DNA of 61,525 nt, filler included, from Sphacelaria rigidula (Eukaryota), in the NCBI GenBank assembly GCA_964200075.2. It is 8 parts of 8 records of this genome, joined end to end, with 100 filler letters (N's around TTAATTAATTAA, not from the genome) between each part and the next. Parts side by side here need not be neighbours in the genome. Positions count along the whole stretch, not along the records: positions 23,111 to 30,713 come from CAXNAA020014138.1; positions 30,814 to 38,416 come from CAXNAA020014139.1; 6 more parts are not named here. One strand, written 5' to 3'. This document shows positions 25,083 through 36,802 of this stretch, piece after piece. The notes under the pieces were generated by a model. That model had not been told where the DNA came from. It saw nothing but the letters and a program-made list of their open reading frames with translations, and ran no database searches. How positions within the stretch are numbered: position 1 is the first letter of the stretch; every line of letters starts with the position of its first letter. The translations under genes and the position numbers were made by a program.

Positions 25083-25504
25083 GAGACGACACCTCGGCAC
25101 CTCGGCGTGCTTTAGGAGGCTGTGCAGCAAAAATCTGGCTACCGGCATATGGGAAATTGAGATCATGCTGGTAACATGCATGATGCCAGTCTCTCGAGCG
25201 ATTGGGAATCGCCGAGCGAGGACACACAAAGGATACGGACGAGGAGCTTTCTCTCTGCCGTTACTCCTCCGGTGGTATCGTCATCGACACGCATGTACAC
25301 TGCATCCGTTCGGTGCGTCTAGCCACAACTGCTCCACTGCCGCAGATATTTGGGGGTGAAGATGGTTTCTCTCGGGGTAACTGTTTCGCGCCATCCTTGC
25401 GAAAAATATATGCTGCTTGAACCCCATTTTAGTGTTCAACCTCAAAATGTGGAATCGGCTGTGATATCTTGTGGCGAAAATCTCCCCGCCCGTTGAGAAT
25501 TTTG

Positions 25505-25977
25505 TAGGGCTATACACGTTGCCCGTGCCATAGCGTTCCACGTTACATTCACGTTACGTTTTGGCCGAAACGTAACGTGAACGTCATTTTTTTTCACGCG
25601 ATGAACGTAACGTTAAATTTTCAAATGTAACGTTAACGTAACGTCATATTTTTTTCACGTGACGTGAACGTCAAATTATTCACGTGATGAACGTAACGTG
25701 AACGTGAACGTGTATATGTACATGTACAGCCAGGGCTATACACGCTTTACGTGCCATAGCGTTACACGTTACGTCCACGTGACGTTTTGGCCGAAAGGTA
25801 ACGTGACATTTTTTTTACGTGATGAACGTAACGTGAACGTAACGTTAAATTTTTAAATGTAACGTTACCATAACGGGGTTTTGTTTTACGTGACACACGT
25901 CACGTAACGTGGAGGTCAAGTTTTTTTTACGTGATGAACGTAACGTGAACGTGTAACGTGTAACGTGTATAGCCCTG
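25505..25977. mobile_element. hAT-like MITE, head-to-tail dimer, with 8-bp TSD
   Basis: TIR (T/C)AGGGCTATACACG...CGTGTATAGCCCTG. Second unit starts at 25731. Flanks are GAATTTTG and GAATTTTC (7/8). Dense subterminal AACGT/CACGT repeats. Confidence 0.8.
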
Positions 25978-26789
25978 GAATTTTCCTAAAACTCGAATAA
26001 AAATACCGGCATCATTTTTGGCTCCCTTCACTGGAAGCGGCTTCCTTCACCCGGTGAAACCCATTTCGAATGTATGTATCGAAGGTGATACATTTGGCTT
26101 TAGAGACTCGAGGCGACAAGGCAAGCTAGAAGGGCCTTCAACAGACAAATACAATACTCGGGTGTTTGCAAACCTACTGCGATAAAATGTGAGTTTTTGA
26201 AATGAGGGTTGAGCCCCACATCAATGTGACCCCATTTTCCAGGGTTATCTGTTGAAAAAACGTGCAGACCGGTGTCCTGAGTAGATGGGATGACGAAACA
26301 CACACAAACGCACACGAACGGGAAAACACAGCGCCACGAAAGACGGGGTTCTACACACACGGCAGCGGAAATAAAATGCATGAAGAAGTTATGCACGGCT
26401 CGAAAAAACTTAAAATAAGTAGAAAAGACAAGAGATCATCGGCTGCATAGTACATTGGTCGCAGGAGACCAACAAGCAAAGGCAGGGAAACCGCATATAG
26501 ATAGTTTGCATATCGAACAAGTCAGGGTAGGGCAGGACAAGGCAGGGCAGGGCAAGGCATGGCAAGGCAAGGCACAGCGAGACTACGCGGCAAGAGTCAA
26601 ACGATTAGTTTCATGACATGTCTCTTGAACTTCCGCTGACCCATTCATATGTATAACATGGTCAATCCGATCGTGGGTGTGGAGGATGGAACATGGCACA
26701 AAGGTGCCGCTGCGCGTTTGAAGTGATCGAACATCTTTGTGGGCAGCAGGGTGGTTGGACAGCGCTGTGAGTGGTACTACGACACGTCC

Positions 26790-27135
26790 GGGGGAGGTGC
26801 ACTCATAACCTTGCATCCATTAGTCATGAGTCCATTGACCTCGCATTCCTACAAAGCCGGAACGGAGCATGCCGGGTTTTCGCCGGACCAGGCTCGCATT
26901 CAATCATCAAGCGTGAAGCGCCGTGATGTGTTCCGCAAGTCGCATAGAGGGTGAGCTGCATCCTGTGAAGACTGTACGGCCCGAAGCGTACTTAGTATCT
27001 TGCATGTGGAGGACAGCCTCCGATGACTGCGTGGCTTTATTTTCTCGTATCGCCACTTGCAGAGACAGCCATGTGTTCCACTTTGCCTGATGGATGTCTC
27101 ACCATTCGAACACAGCGTAATATGATAATCTCCTT
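26790..27135 (-). mobile_element. Repeat family A, near full-length, reverse orientation
   Basis: Reverse complement colinear with 22180-22520; G-run at the tail end. Confidence 0.75.
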
Positions 27136-28778
27136 TGCGCCGAGTTCAGGTCCTCCACGCTCGGGTGGGGGGTATTTTGGATCATTTCTCTCCCAAATTT
27201 CACCCCAAATCGTCGTTCGAAGCAGCAGTGGTCGAACGCGGTTGGAACCAATAAGACACACTCTTTTCGTACTACATTACACCATTTCCCGCCCAAAACG
27301 AGCGAGTAGATAGTAGATGGTCGTCTGACACAACTGTAAGGCCCTGTTTTTGTTTGATCAACACCCCTCCTCTATTGCAGCATCACGAATTTTCAAGTAT
27401 GTTCAGGTAGAACCAGACCTAATCGCAGCCCCAGCCACTGAAGGCAACGTATCCGCACCACATCGAACAATGAAGAAACCCACCCTGTGCAAAGCCCCCG
27501 ACTGCCCTTCGTGGAGGAAGATATTCTCGAAAATGGGGTTCAGCATCGCGGTGCCGCCCATTGGAATTTCCTCATTTTCGTCTACACATCGTAGTTCTAA
27601 TAACGAAAACAATTTCGGCTACAAGCTACAAGTAGTTTGGTTTCTGTTCAAAGCTAAGCAGGTGTGGCTAGGTGCACCCAATGTACGGTGCACAAGAGTG
27701 TCGATGACGATGTCACCGGAGGAGCACTGGCTGAGAGGAAGCTCCTCGCCCGTGTCTTTTGTGCATGTTTGTTCGGCGGGTCCCCCTCGCTCGAGGTTTT
27801 GTCATCAGGTTACCACCACGTACCCGACTTACCAGCCCTTCCGTTGGCACAAGAACGGCAGGCCCTTAGTCGCATAACCCGAAACGAACGTTGAGACGCC
27901 GTATCTTGACTGACGTATTCGTGTCTTGTATGTCGCCTTCACCAGTGCAAAGGCCGATTCTTTACTGCCCCTATTTGGACAGGACATGCGTTTGTGCGCT
28001 ACAGAACATGTGAAAAAAAAGAAGAGATATGTTCCTGTCTCCGCGCTATCCCCTTGTCACGTATTTGTGCGAGAAATAACCGTTCCGCAGAGATCCAATC
28101 GCATGTGGGGGGGTGTTATCGCTCACTCGGGCTTACGGCTTGATACAAGGACAGTTGTACACATTCGGGTTGGGGGAACGTAGCAGAGAAGCCACGATCG
28201 TGGAGACTTTCTTGGCATGACGAGTGAAACAAGATACCTCTTGCGGTGACTTAGCTACAGCGGGCGTGGTCCACATGGGGGCTGACAAACATCAATCTGT
28301 GAGCTGCAGCGCGTTTTTTGTGTACGGTCGACGCGCGTACTGTGGTTGGGAGGATTGGTGTTTCCAATTTTTTCACGCTGACGAGACCACCGTAAGCTTT
28401 TCCCAGGAGCAACGACGTTCTCGTAACATATGAAATATTTGCCATTCATTTGTGGCCCACGCCGTCGAGCGCTGACCAAAGAGGTTTCATCTGAGTAGGC
28501 TGGGCTGACTTTCAAGGAGACTAGCTGAGAAAAGTACAGACAATTCATTGTCGCTGACTGCTAGCAAAGTGTTTGCCTCCAACCAAGTGTGAATATTTTT
28601 GAAATTCTTACTATTTTCATAGCCACATAACGAGTGTCGGAGGGTAACAGAGCGCGCTGTCCTCGGCTTCCGTCAGGCGTCAAGAAATCGATGCACACAA
28701 GCAACCACGAATTAACATCAGGGTTTTCACCCCGTGTGGAACATTCACAAAGTTGAGTCAGCATTTGGCCAAACATTT

Positions 28779-28870
28779 CACACGTCGGACAGCTCGTGAG
28801 CTACGGTGGTCCGGATCAATAGACTAATAAGAAGTAATATTCAGATAGCTCATGAGCTGTCCGACGTGTG
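28779..28870. mobile_element. 92-nt MITE with 25-nt TIRs and perfect 8-bp TSD
   Basis: TIR CACACGTCGGACAGCTC(G/A)TGAGCTA (1 mismatch). AAACATTT at 28771-28778 and 28871-28878. Confidence 0.85.
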
Positions 28871-30602
28871 AAACATTTTTCCCATGGTGATGGATTGTTG
28901 ATAGCACCGCGACTACTTTAGGCGCCGTGCTCGTCCTTTGAGGATTATTTTGTTTTTTACGGAAAGGCGGGAACGGCACGGCACGGGTGTAATTCGTGCG
29001 CTAAAGACATGGAGGGGCACGTTGCACCTCAACTCCCACCGGCGGGGTATTGTCATCTTCGGTTTCTAGAGCTTACGTCACATTAGCTCAATTCCTTGAG
29101 AGCATTGGTTCTTTCTCTCCGACCCGTGGTCACAGGATCCAAGTAGCCAAAAGGATAAAGTACACGAAAAGAACGAGCCCGCAAAAACCGATCGAACTAC
29201 AAGCTAAACACTGCAAGCTGACAAATTACCGACGTGCGATTTAGACGACCAAATCACCACCCACTGCCGCATATACGCGTGGAAACAGCAAACGCAGGAA
29301 TCGACATGTCGCAGGCAGCGAGAACCATCCGGTAATAGACCTAGTAATAATAGAAAAGATCCCAAGTTCAAGGAAATGAGGAAATAGCTTTATCACCGAA
29401 GCATCAACTGACTTGGCTCAACATCAATATCAAGTGAGTTGATCACCCTATTATTAGTTCGGTGTAACTACCTAGAGCTAATCCAAGTTCGAGAAACTCA
29501 TATCTTCTTGCCCTTGGAGCAGAAAATTTGTAATGTAAAGGATATAGTTTAAAACTTAGGCCATATAGAACTCAGGACACTCACGATCCCCTCTAATCTT
29601 GGCCCCCAAAAGGCACCGGGAAAAAAATGACTTGACCACGTTACTGTACAGAAGACGGCACAAAGCCGAAAGAACCGAAGCTCAAAATGAGAAGAAACGA
29701 TGTCGCTAAAAAGTCACAGATGCTGCCGGAAGCTGACATGGATAACGTCGGATGTGACGAAGTCCGTCACGTTCCGAGTGTAGGCATCTGATTTTGGAAT
29801 GCATCGCGGTAGAAAGAAGGCGGGCAAGGGGCAAAGTAAAGGAACGTAGAGACGTGAACAAGCGTGCAGGCTGGAGATTGCACTGAGGCATGCTGAAACA
29901 AAAAAAAGGCTGCCACCGATGACAGCAAGCATTGAAGTTGGGAGAGGGCAGGATAAAAATGGGACTATACATGGTGCAGAGGGGGTTGAAGAATATCGGT
30001 ACCGGTTCCCACATCGAATCGCCGCCCCCTCGCTCCAGAGCGGCAACTTCACTGCGACCGTCGTGCGTGCTGCATTACATATGTGGTGGAGGTCTGTCGT
30101 GTTCGCTGCACACTGGGTTGTTTCTCGGCGTATGAGCGGGTGGGAGATGCAGTACACGCGTCGTAAACCCTCCGGCAACTAGTTTAAAACAATACAAGCG
30201 GACTTGACTCGGTGCCGAGATGTAACATAAATGACCCGCGGCGCACATGTGATACAATACGAATTTAGACTTCACCCAATGCCCACGACCGTCCCCGTGT
30301 AATGCAGACCCGGTTTCGCAGTGACCCGTTTTTCATATTCCATTACTCACGTTCGTTAACTCCTTTGCTGTTTGCTCCCCCGTAACGACATCACTCCCCG
30401 TCCTCTCCTGGACCGACGTTATAATCCCAGCGTACATGTAAAACTTGTCGTACCTGTTTCGGGGAGTGTTTCGGGGAGATAGAGTCTCGCCGACATCGTT
30501 TAAAGCTGTTCGAAGACAGGCAGGCAGCAGCAACGCGTGCTCTTTACTGTTGTGGTATGCAGGCTGCAGGCGGCGGTGCAGTGGATTGTGTAAGGGAGGG
30601 GT

Positions 30603-30646
<44 letters not shown>

Positions 30647-31338
30647 ACCTGTAGGGGGGGGTGGGGTGGGGGGAAAAGTGGGTACACTAGCACAGAAAGG
30701 GGGGGGGGGGGGGNNNNNNNNNNNNNNNNNNNNNNNNNNNNNNNNNNNNNNNNNNNNTTAATTAATTAANNNNNNNNNNNNNNNNNNNNNNNNNNNNNNN
30801 NNNNNNNNNNNNNGAAACTCTTACATATCTTATCCACGTCCTGTTTCGCCGTCTCTGGCCACCTTGTGCGGAGGGGGGGGAGGGGGGGGGTTCACATTCC
30901 GTCTCAATTGCGTAAACATGCCTTTGAGGTACCCTGCGTTTTGTTATTCTTGTAGTATTCGTTTCTTTCCGCACGTCAAGTTTTGTACGCATGTTCTCAT
31001 CCATCCAATAGTATCCTCGTGATGCACAGCCGACAGATCCCCCACATATCGCGCGGTTTCGGCGTTGGTTCCTTTATCATACGCACTCTGATATCCAACC
31101 GCCGATACCATCCACCAACCACCAATCCCGCCCTCTTGTGCCTCAATCCCCCCCCCCCCCCCCCCCCCCTCTAAAAAAAAAAAAAAAGCAAACACACCGA
31201 CCTCCGGCCCGCGTTGCCCNNNNNNNNNNCCCCCCCCTACCTCCCCCCCCCCCTACCCCCCCCCCCCCCCCCAACCCCCCCCCTTGTGCCCCACCCCCCC
31301 CCCCCCCCCCCCTCCCAATGTTTAAATAAACAAACAAG

Positions 31339-34312
31339 GGAAGCTGCAAGTTCTCGGGTCCGGATTGCCCCTTTTCCCACGGAGTCGGACTCTCGCTGGC
31401 GGATCTTCTTCCAGACTCGAGTCGACTCGGCTGCAAAGCGGCCGCCACCGACCAAGCGGACGAGAGAGGCGGCGAGAGTTCAGTAACGGAGACCGATGAA
31501 GCGGTCGAGTGGCTGGCGAGCTTGAGTGTCGGATCGCGGGTCCTCGCTCGCTATCACGATGGGGTGTGGTACCAAGGCAAGGTAGTGGCAGAGCCCGACT
31601 CGGTACCACCGTCACCGACAGCAGGGACAACAGAAGCAGCAAAGGCCGGATCGATGAGCGTACAGTTCGATGGGTTCGAAGACGAGGGTAACGTGTGCGT
31701 CTCGGCGGACACATCCAACTTAGCACCGCTCAATGAGTGCGGCGAGGTTGACAGCACAGCAGCAGGAGGGACGACGAGAACGACGGGCGGCGGGGGATCG
31801 GCCGCTTCCGCCTCAGATAGCGGAGATGAAAGCAGTGAATTGGAAGATGCCTGGGCCGACGCGCCCGATCTCGTGGGGCCGGATGAGGTCTTCTTCAGGG
31901 AGAGGGTGCTGGGGGATCGAGGGGAGGGGGGGCGCAGCCGAGATGGCGCAGGCGGTGGCCGGGAAGGAGGGCCGCGCGATGAAGTGTATGTGGTCGGGGA
32001 TTGGGAGCAACACACCAAGGGGTTCGGCTCGCGCATGATGTCGCGCATGGGGTACAGGCGTGGTGAAGGACTCGGGAAGGAGAAGCAGGTAATCTACATG
32101 GTGTGGTGTGGCGTGGGCAGGTGTGGGGAGCGAAATCGTGCGATTCTTGTTCTTCCACTTGTGCTTGGATGGTATGTTGCGCTGCGCCGGAAAATTGCGC
32201 CGCCGAAAGGGGAGCTGATGTGCGTTTTCCCATGTTTCCATGACTATTGATCGACAGAGATGTGTAGGTACCACACGTCGCACAGATCATGATCCGTCTA
32301 ATATAACTGATCGAATAACACCCTCAGATCCGTTGGTCCAGAAACGCGATTTGTTTGACCGCAGAGTCAGAAAAGCCAAAGGGGGGCCAAATGATCCGGA
32401 TCAGTACACGGAGATAAAGTAATTTCAGACGGATCAGTCATTTTCTGCATGAGCGCGGTACTGCGTACTCGTGCATGAAGCCGAAGAGCAGGCAGGCGAT
32501 AAACGATCCTTCGAGTACAGGGGGTAGGTAGGTACTCTCCCCTGTCCAAACCTCGAGAATGAGCAGATGCCGCCACATCCCGGAAAATGGAACCTCCACG
32601 TAAAGAGGTGACCAAGGAGCGGTACAGCTTATGTACGTTGCTACTTGTCACGGGACTATTTACACGTGGGGTTGTTTGTTCATACGGTGTATCCAGTGGG
32701 CAGTCGGTCGACGACGATAATGTGTGTGTCGGGCCTTCGTGTGCTCTCGAGCTACGCTTGTGACGTACCACCGCTTACCAAGTATACTGATGGTTTGGGC
32801 CTTGGCTACCTTTGCACACACGCGCGCGTCCATCGACTCACTCAGAAGCTTGATGAGGCGCAAGCTTGCAAATCCAGTCAGGAAGGTGCCGTACGTTGGC
32901 ACTTGACAATCTCGGGTCTTATCCAATACTTGTGAAAATAATTGAAAATATATATTTTTTCTCGGGACTGCCGTCATCTGAAAGTAAGAAATCTTGTGGA
33001 ACGAGTCCTCTAATATTTTAGAAAAGCATATTATGCTGTTTCCAAAACATGAGGCATGGTTGATTGATTGTCAAACATGAAGTGGTCATGAGAATAAAGA
33101 GGGTTTCCACCTTCGCCGAGCTGATCAGCCGATGTGCGTGTCGTGTTCTCGCGGAGAGGGTGGGATCACGGTGTAGAAAAGATGGACATGGGCTCCAGCT
33201 AGAATCCTGAACTATTAACATTGATCCGTCGAGGTTCTCTTGAGGAATGGATTATGCGTGGTAGATTCTATCTTGAGATCTGCAATATAGTACATTGTGA
33301 AATCATCACCCCTCCCCCGTGCTTTGTACGAGGTCAAAGGTCATATGCCTACGGCATGCAAGATCATCAGTACACCCCATGCGATGTATCCTTTCTTGAT
33401 CAACATGCCCAGTCTTGGAACAAATCCTTGTGAGCTCGTTCCAAGCCTCTCCGTCAATTTCTGCCACATATTTACAATCCACCCTTCCTCATAACGAACC
33501 CTGCAATCCCGAACGGCTAATCCCATGACTTACCCATACGCCCCCTTCCCACCTGCTCCTTTCACCCCCTCTTAAAAATAATCGTAAAATCTAAGGGCAT
33601 CGCCCGACCAGTATCTATCCGCGTGTTGCCCGAACGATGCTCGTTGGACCACCTTCGAGATGAACACGGGAGTCTGCCGAAACCAAACTCCGGCGGCGGC
33701 ACCCGAATAAAAAAGAGGAAAAAAAAATCTTCCGCCGCCGCTGCTGCCGCCGCCGCCGACAAAGCGGAGCCTCAGAAGGCCATGTTCGATTTCCTCAACG
33801 TGACCATTCATGCCTCCGCCAAGGGAAGCGCAGGCGCAGGGGGAGGGGGAGGAGGGTCGGCGGCGGCAGCGGGGTTTGGCGCCAACGTCGCATCGTCCTC
33901 GAGCAGTAGAGGCTCTGGTCGCCCGAGTCTCGTTAACCGGCGACCAATCTTCGATATGAGGAAAAAGTCTGCCGCGTCTCCTTCGTCCGGCCCGGGGAGC
34001 GGGGGGGCGGGAGCAGCTTCGAATGGAGGGAGGGCCGGCGAAAAAATGAGCAAGTCGGAGCTGAGGGCGCACCTTGTGAACGCGCGCGAAGCAGAAGTTG
34101 CGCTAGCGGGTAAAGTGGTGCGTCTGGAAGAGACGGTCACGCGAAACTCGGAGAGGGATCCAAGAGTCGCGGCTCAGGCACGGCAGAAGCTCGAGGAAGT
34201 TCGTGCGCAGGTGCGGGAGGTTCGGGCTAGTCGGGGCAAAGCAGAGCGGATGCTCGGGGACAGAGAGGACAGGGGTAAAGGCAGCGGCAAGGGGGGGCTG
34301 TTCGCTTTTTAA
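31339..34312 (+). CDS. ZGPAT: Zinc finger CCCH-type with G-patch domain protein, last two exons
   Basis: Exons 31339-32088 and 33596-34312 (phase 0). GSCKFSGPDCPFSHG (CCCH end), GSRVLARYHDGVWYQGKV...VQFDG (Tudor), WEQHTKGFGSRMMSRMGYRRGEGLGKEKQ|GIARPV..LPERCSLD (G-patch across the intron), then a coiled-coil C-terminus ending LFAF*. Confidence 0.9.
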
Positions 34313-36729
34313 TTCTTTTTTTTTATTGGTAGTTTTGGTGGGTAAGTTTGGATTGTGTTTCTTTGTGTGTAGAGAAGTACAGGGAAGGTGCTTGAAGTGT
34401 TCATCTTGGCTGAACAGAAGCTTGCCGGAGGAATCTGGTTGATTTTACCCGTTGATGACGGGTTTTTGACCGATCTGATCTGTCCGAGATATTGTTTTGG
34501 CCGATAAGAAAGCTGTCTTTCGGCACGTTCTATCTTCCACTGGTGGCTTCTTAAACTCGGATGTACATATGTGCAAATACATTGTTGTAGTACCGTGGTG
34601 GTTGTTGTTGTTCGTGTGAACATGTTGTATTGAGTGTATCAGTACGTAATGGCACTGCTACACGTGTATCGGTTTAGGTCTGATGTACGTATGTGTGACG
34701 GAGGCGTAGCTTGTTGCAGTAGTTCACTTGTCATTGTCGTACGACTATAGCTGCTCGAGTGTAGGCCTGTAATGGGAATAGAGATGATGTTGCTATCGTA
34801 CGATTTGTGGGGAAATGCCTGGTACAGCCGGTCGTCTTCCGCTGACATGTACGGCCGGCTGTTTGCCGTGGCCCGATATGCTGTTCGTCCTTGATTATCT
34901 CTCATGAGGGTGGTGCTTTGTGGCGCTCAGGTATGTTCACAGTGACGAGTTATCGTCCAACTGAACCGGGGAGACAAACACACGCTGGGAAAGTAAGTAT
35001 TCCGCTTGCGTTTGTTTCGGCGACATGCATCGATGATACCCTACGACGCTGGCCTGTTGGAAATTGTAGATACTGTCCGCAGCCGACTCGACCTTGAAGG
35101 TCGTACACATGAAAAATACACAGGGAGCTCGTGCATGATGAGAGGGAGGCTGATCAAGCCCTCCAGGGGAACAAAATCAGCATTCAGCGATTTGATCTCC
35201 AGGACACCCACCACCGGTGCAATTTTGTTGAGTTTTGCGCTGCACAGCATAATTTTTGTAGCACAGGGGGTGGTTTCACGATGGGATTGCACAATGTTTT
35301 TCTGAAGCTCTGCACTGTCGGAGCCTCTAGATGACAAACATCTGAGCCTTGGTGTGCAGTCCCAGAAATCTCTTGAACAAAAAAGTGCACCCCTACCGTA
35401 GAATCCCTCCGCACGTTGTACCGAGATTCGCCGTATTTTTCGCACACGGAGAGGTCTCTTGAATTCGTTGACGGAATACTGTTGTACGAGGAGGAATTGA
35501 GCATATGTTACGTGAAACATACATGCATCCATCACGTATTTCTGTTGTGCATATGTCTTGTAAGGCATAGCAGGGGCGGTATTGGAAAGATGAGCCCACG
35601 TCTGTGACCACGGGTTCGAGAGATCGGACTGATGTGCGGAAATGGTCATGAGAAAATGCAGACTTGTTTTCTTGGTGTATTGTGGCAAGCGCGAGCGGTT
35701 TTGCGTCAACGGTGTGAGGAGGAGCAGAGGTTCACCCCCAGAGGAACCTCGCACGGTCTGTCTTCACCGTCAATTGGCTCCGTGGCCTTGGAACGGAGTG
35801 AACCATACCCATGTCGTCGTTTTTGGTTTGCTAGCTCTATGGAATCATCCTCCATGTGAAAAATAATTCCGACTAGCCGGGGTCATCTACCTACTGCTGC
35901 TTCACGTTTTGCTGCCTTGTACAGTATGTCTCTTCGCACATCATTTTCTTTTTCGATCAAAAAAGTGGGTGGAAACAATAATTTATTTCCGATATTATTC
36001 TAGAGTTTTCCTTCTCCACCACGCATTGTCGATCGAACAATGGTGTGTCTGCAAGGCCGTGTCTTGGCAAATTATTTCTCGATCGAAAAGATGCGGGGGA
36101 AAAGAAAAGTTCCGATAGGTCATTCACGTTGAAATGATGACCTACCAGATGAGAATTTCCGTTCCCACCTAGACCTTCCCCTTTCTATGATGTCGCATAC
36201 GTCGCATAAACTATGCGTTTTTGTTTTTCGGTCTTGCTCACTACACACAATCGAGTAATTGTAACGCCTCGGCGGGGTTTCCGCTTTAGACTTACCCCCT
36301 TTTGAACAAGATGCATTATTGTCTTCGGGGGGGAAAACGCATAAAAGACGGAGCCCTGTTCCCACCACACTTTTTCACGGTTCGGACGAATCATCGCCGG
36401 TTCGAATCACAAAATCCACAATTTCTTGGGCCTGATCGATCGAAAGGGAGAAAAAAGTCGACCGCTGGTCAAACAGGTCTCCACGCAACTTTTGTGCCAT
36501 TCCACGCCCCTGGGCTTCGCGTACCTGGGTTGCAACGCTGAAAACAAAGCGTAAGGATTGCTTCGTACCGTACGAATCAATATCACTGAAAACAAGTAAT
36601 TTCCGGACGAATCGTCAATTCGTCCGACCCTTGCACTTTTTCGATTGAAGAATAATGGAGGCACGCGGACCAGTTCGTTACCTGCCGAAAATAGTGGTCA
36701 AAACAGTATGTGGCATAAAAAGAATCCTT

Positions 36730-36802
36730 GGCTTCAGCTGGGATTTGAACCCAGGACCTCCTCAACCCAAATGAGGAATGCTAACCACTACACCACAGAA
36801 GC
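36730..36802 (-). tRNA. tRNA-Pro (UGG)
   Basis: GCTTCTG TG GTGT AGTGGTTA GCAT T CCTCA TT TGG GT TGAGG AGGTC CTGGG TTCAAAT CCCAG CTGAAGC C. Full cloverleaf, A and B boxes, and a T5 Pol III terminator about 8 nt downstream. Confidence 0.92.
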
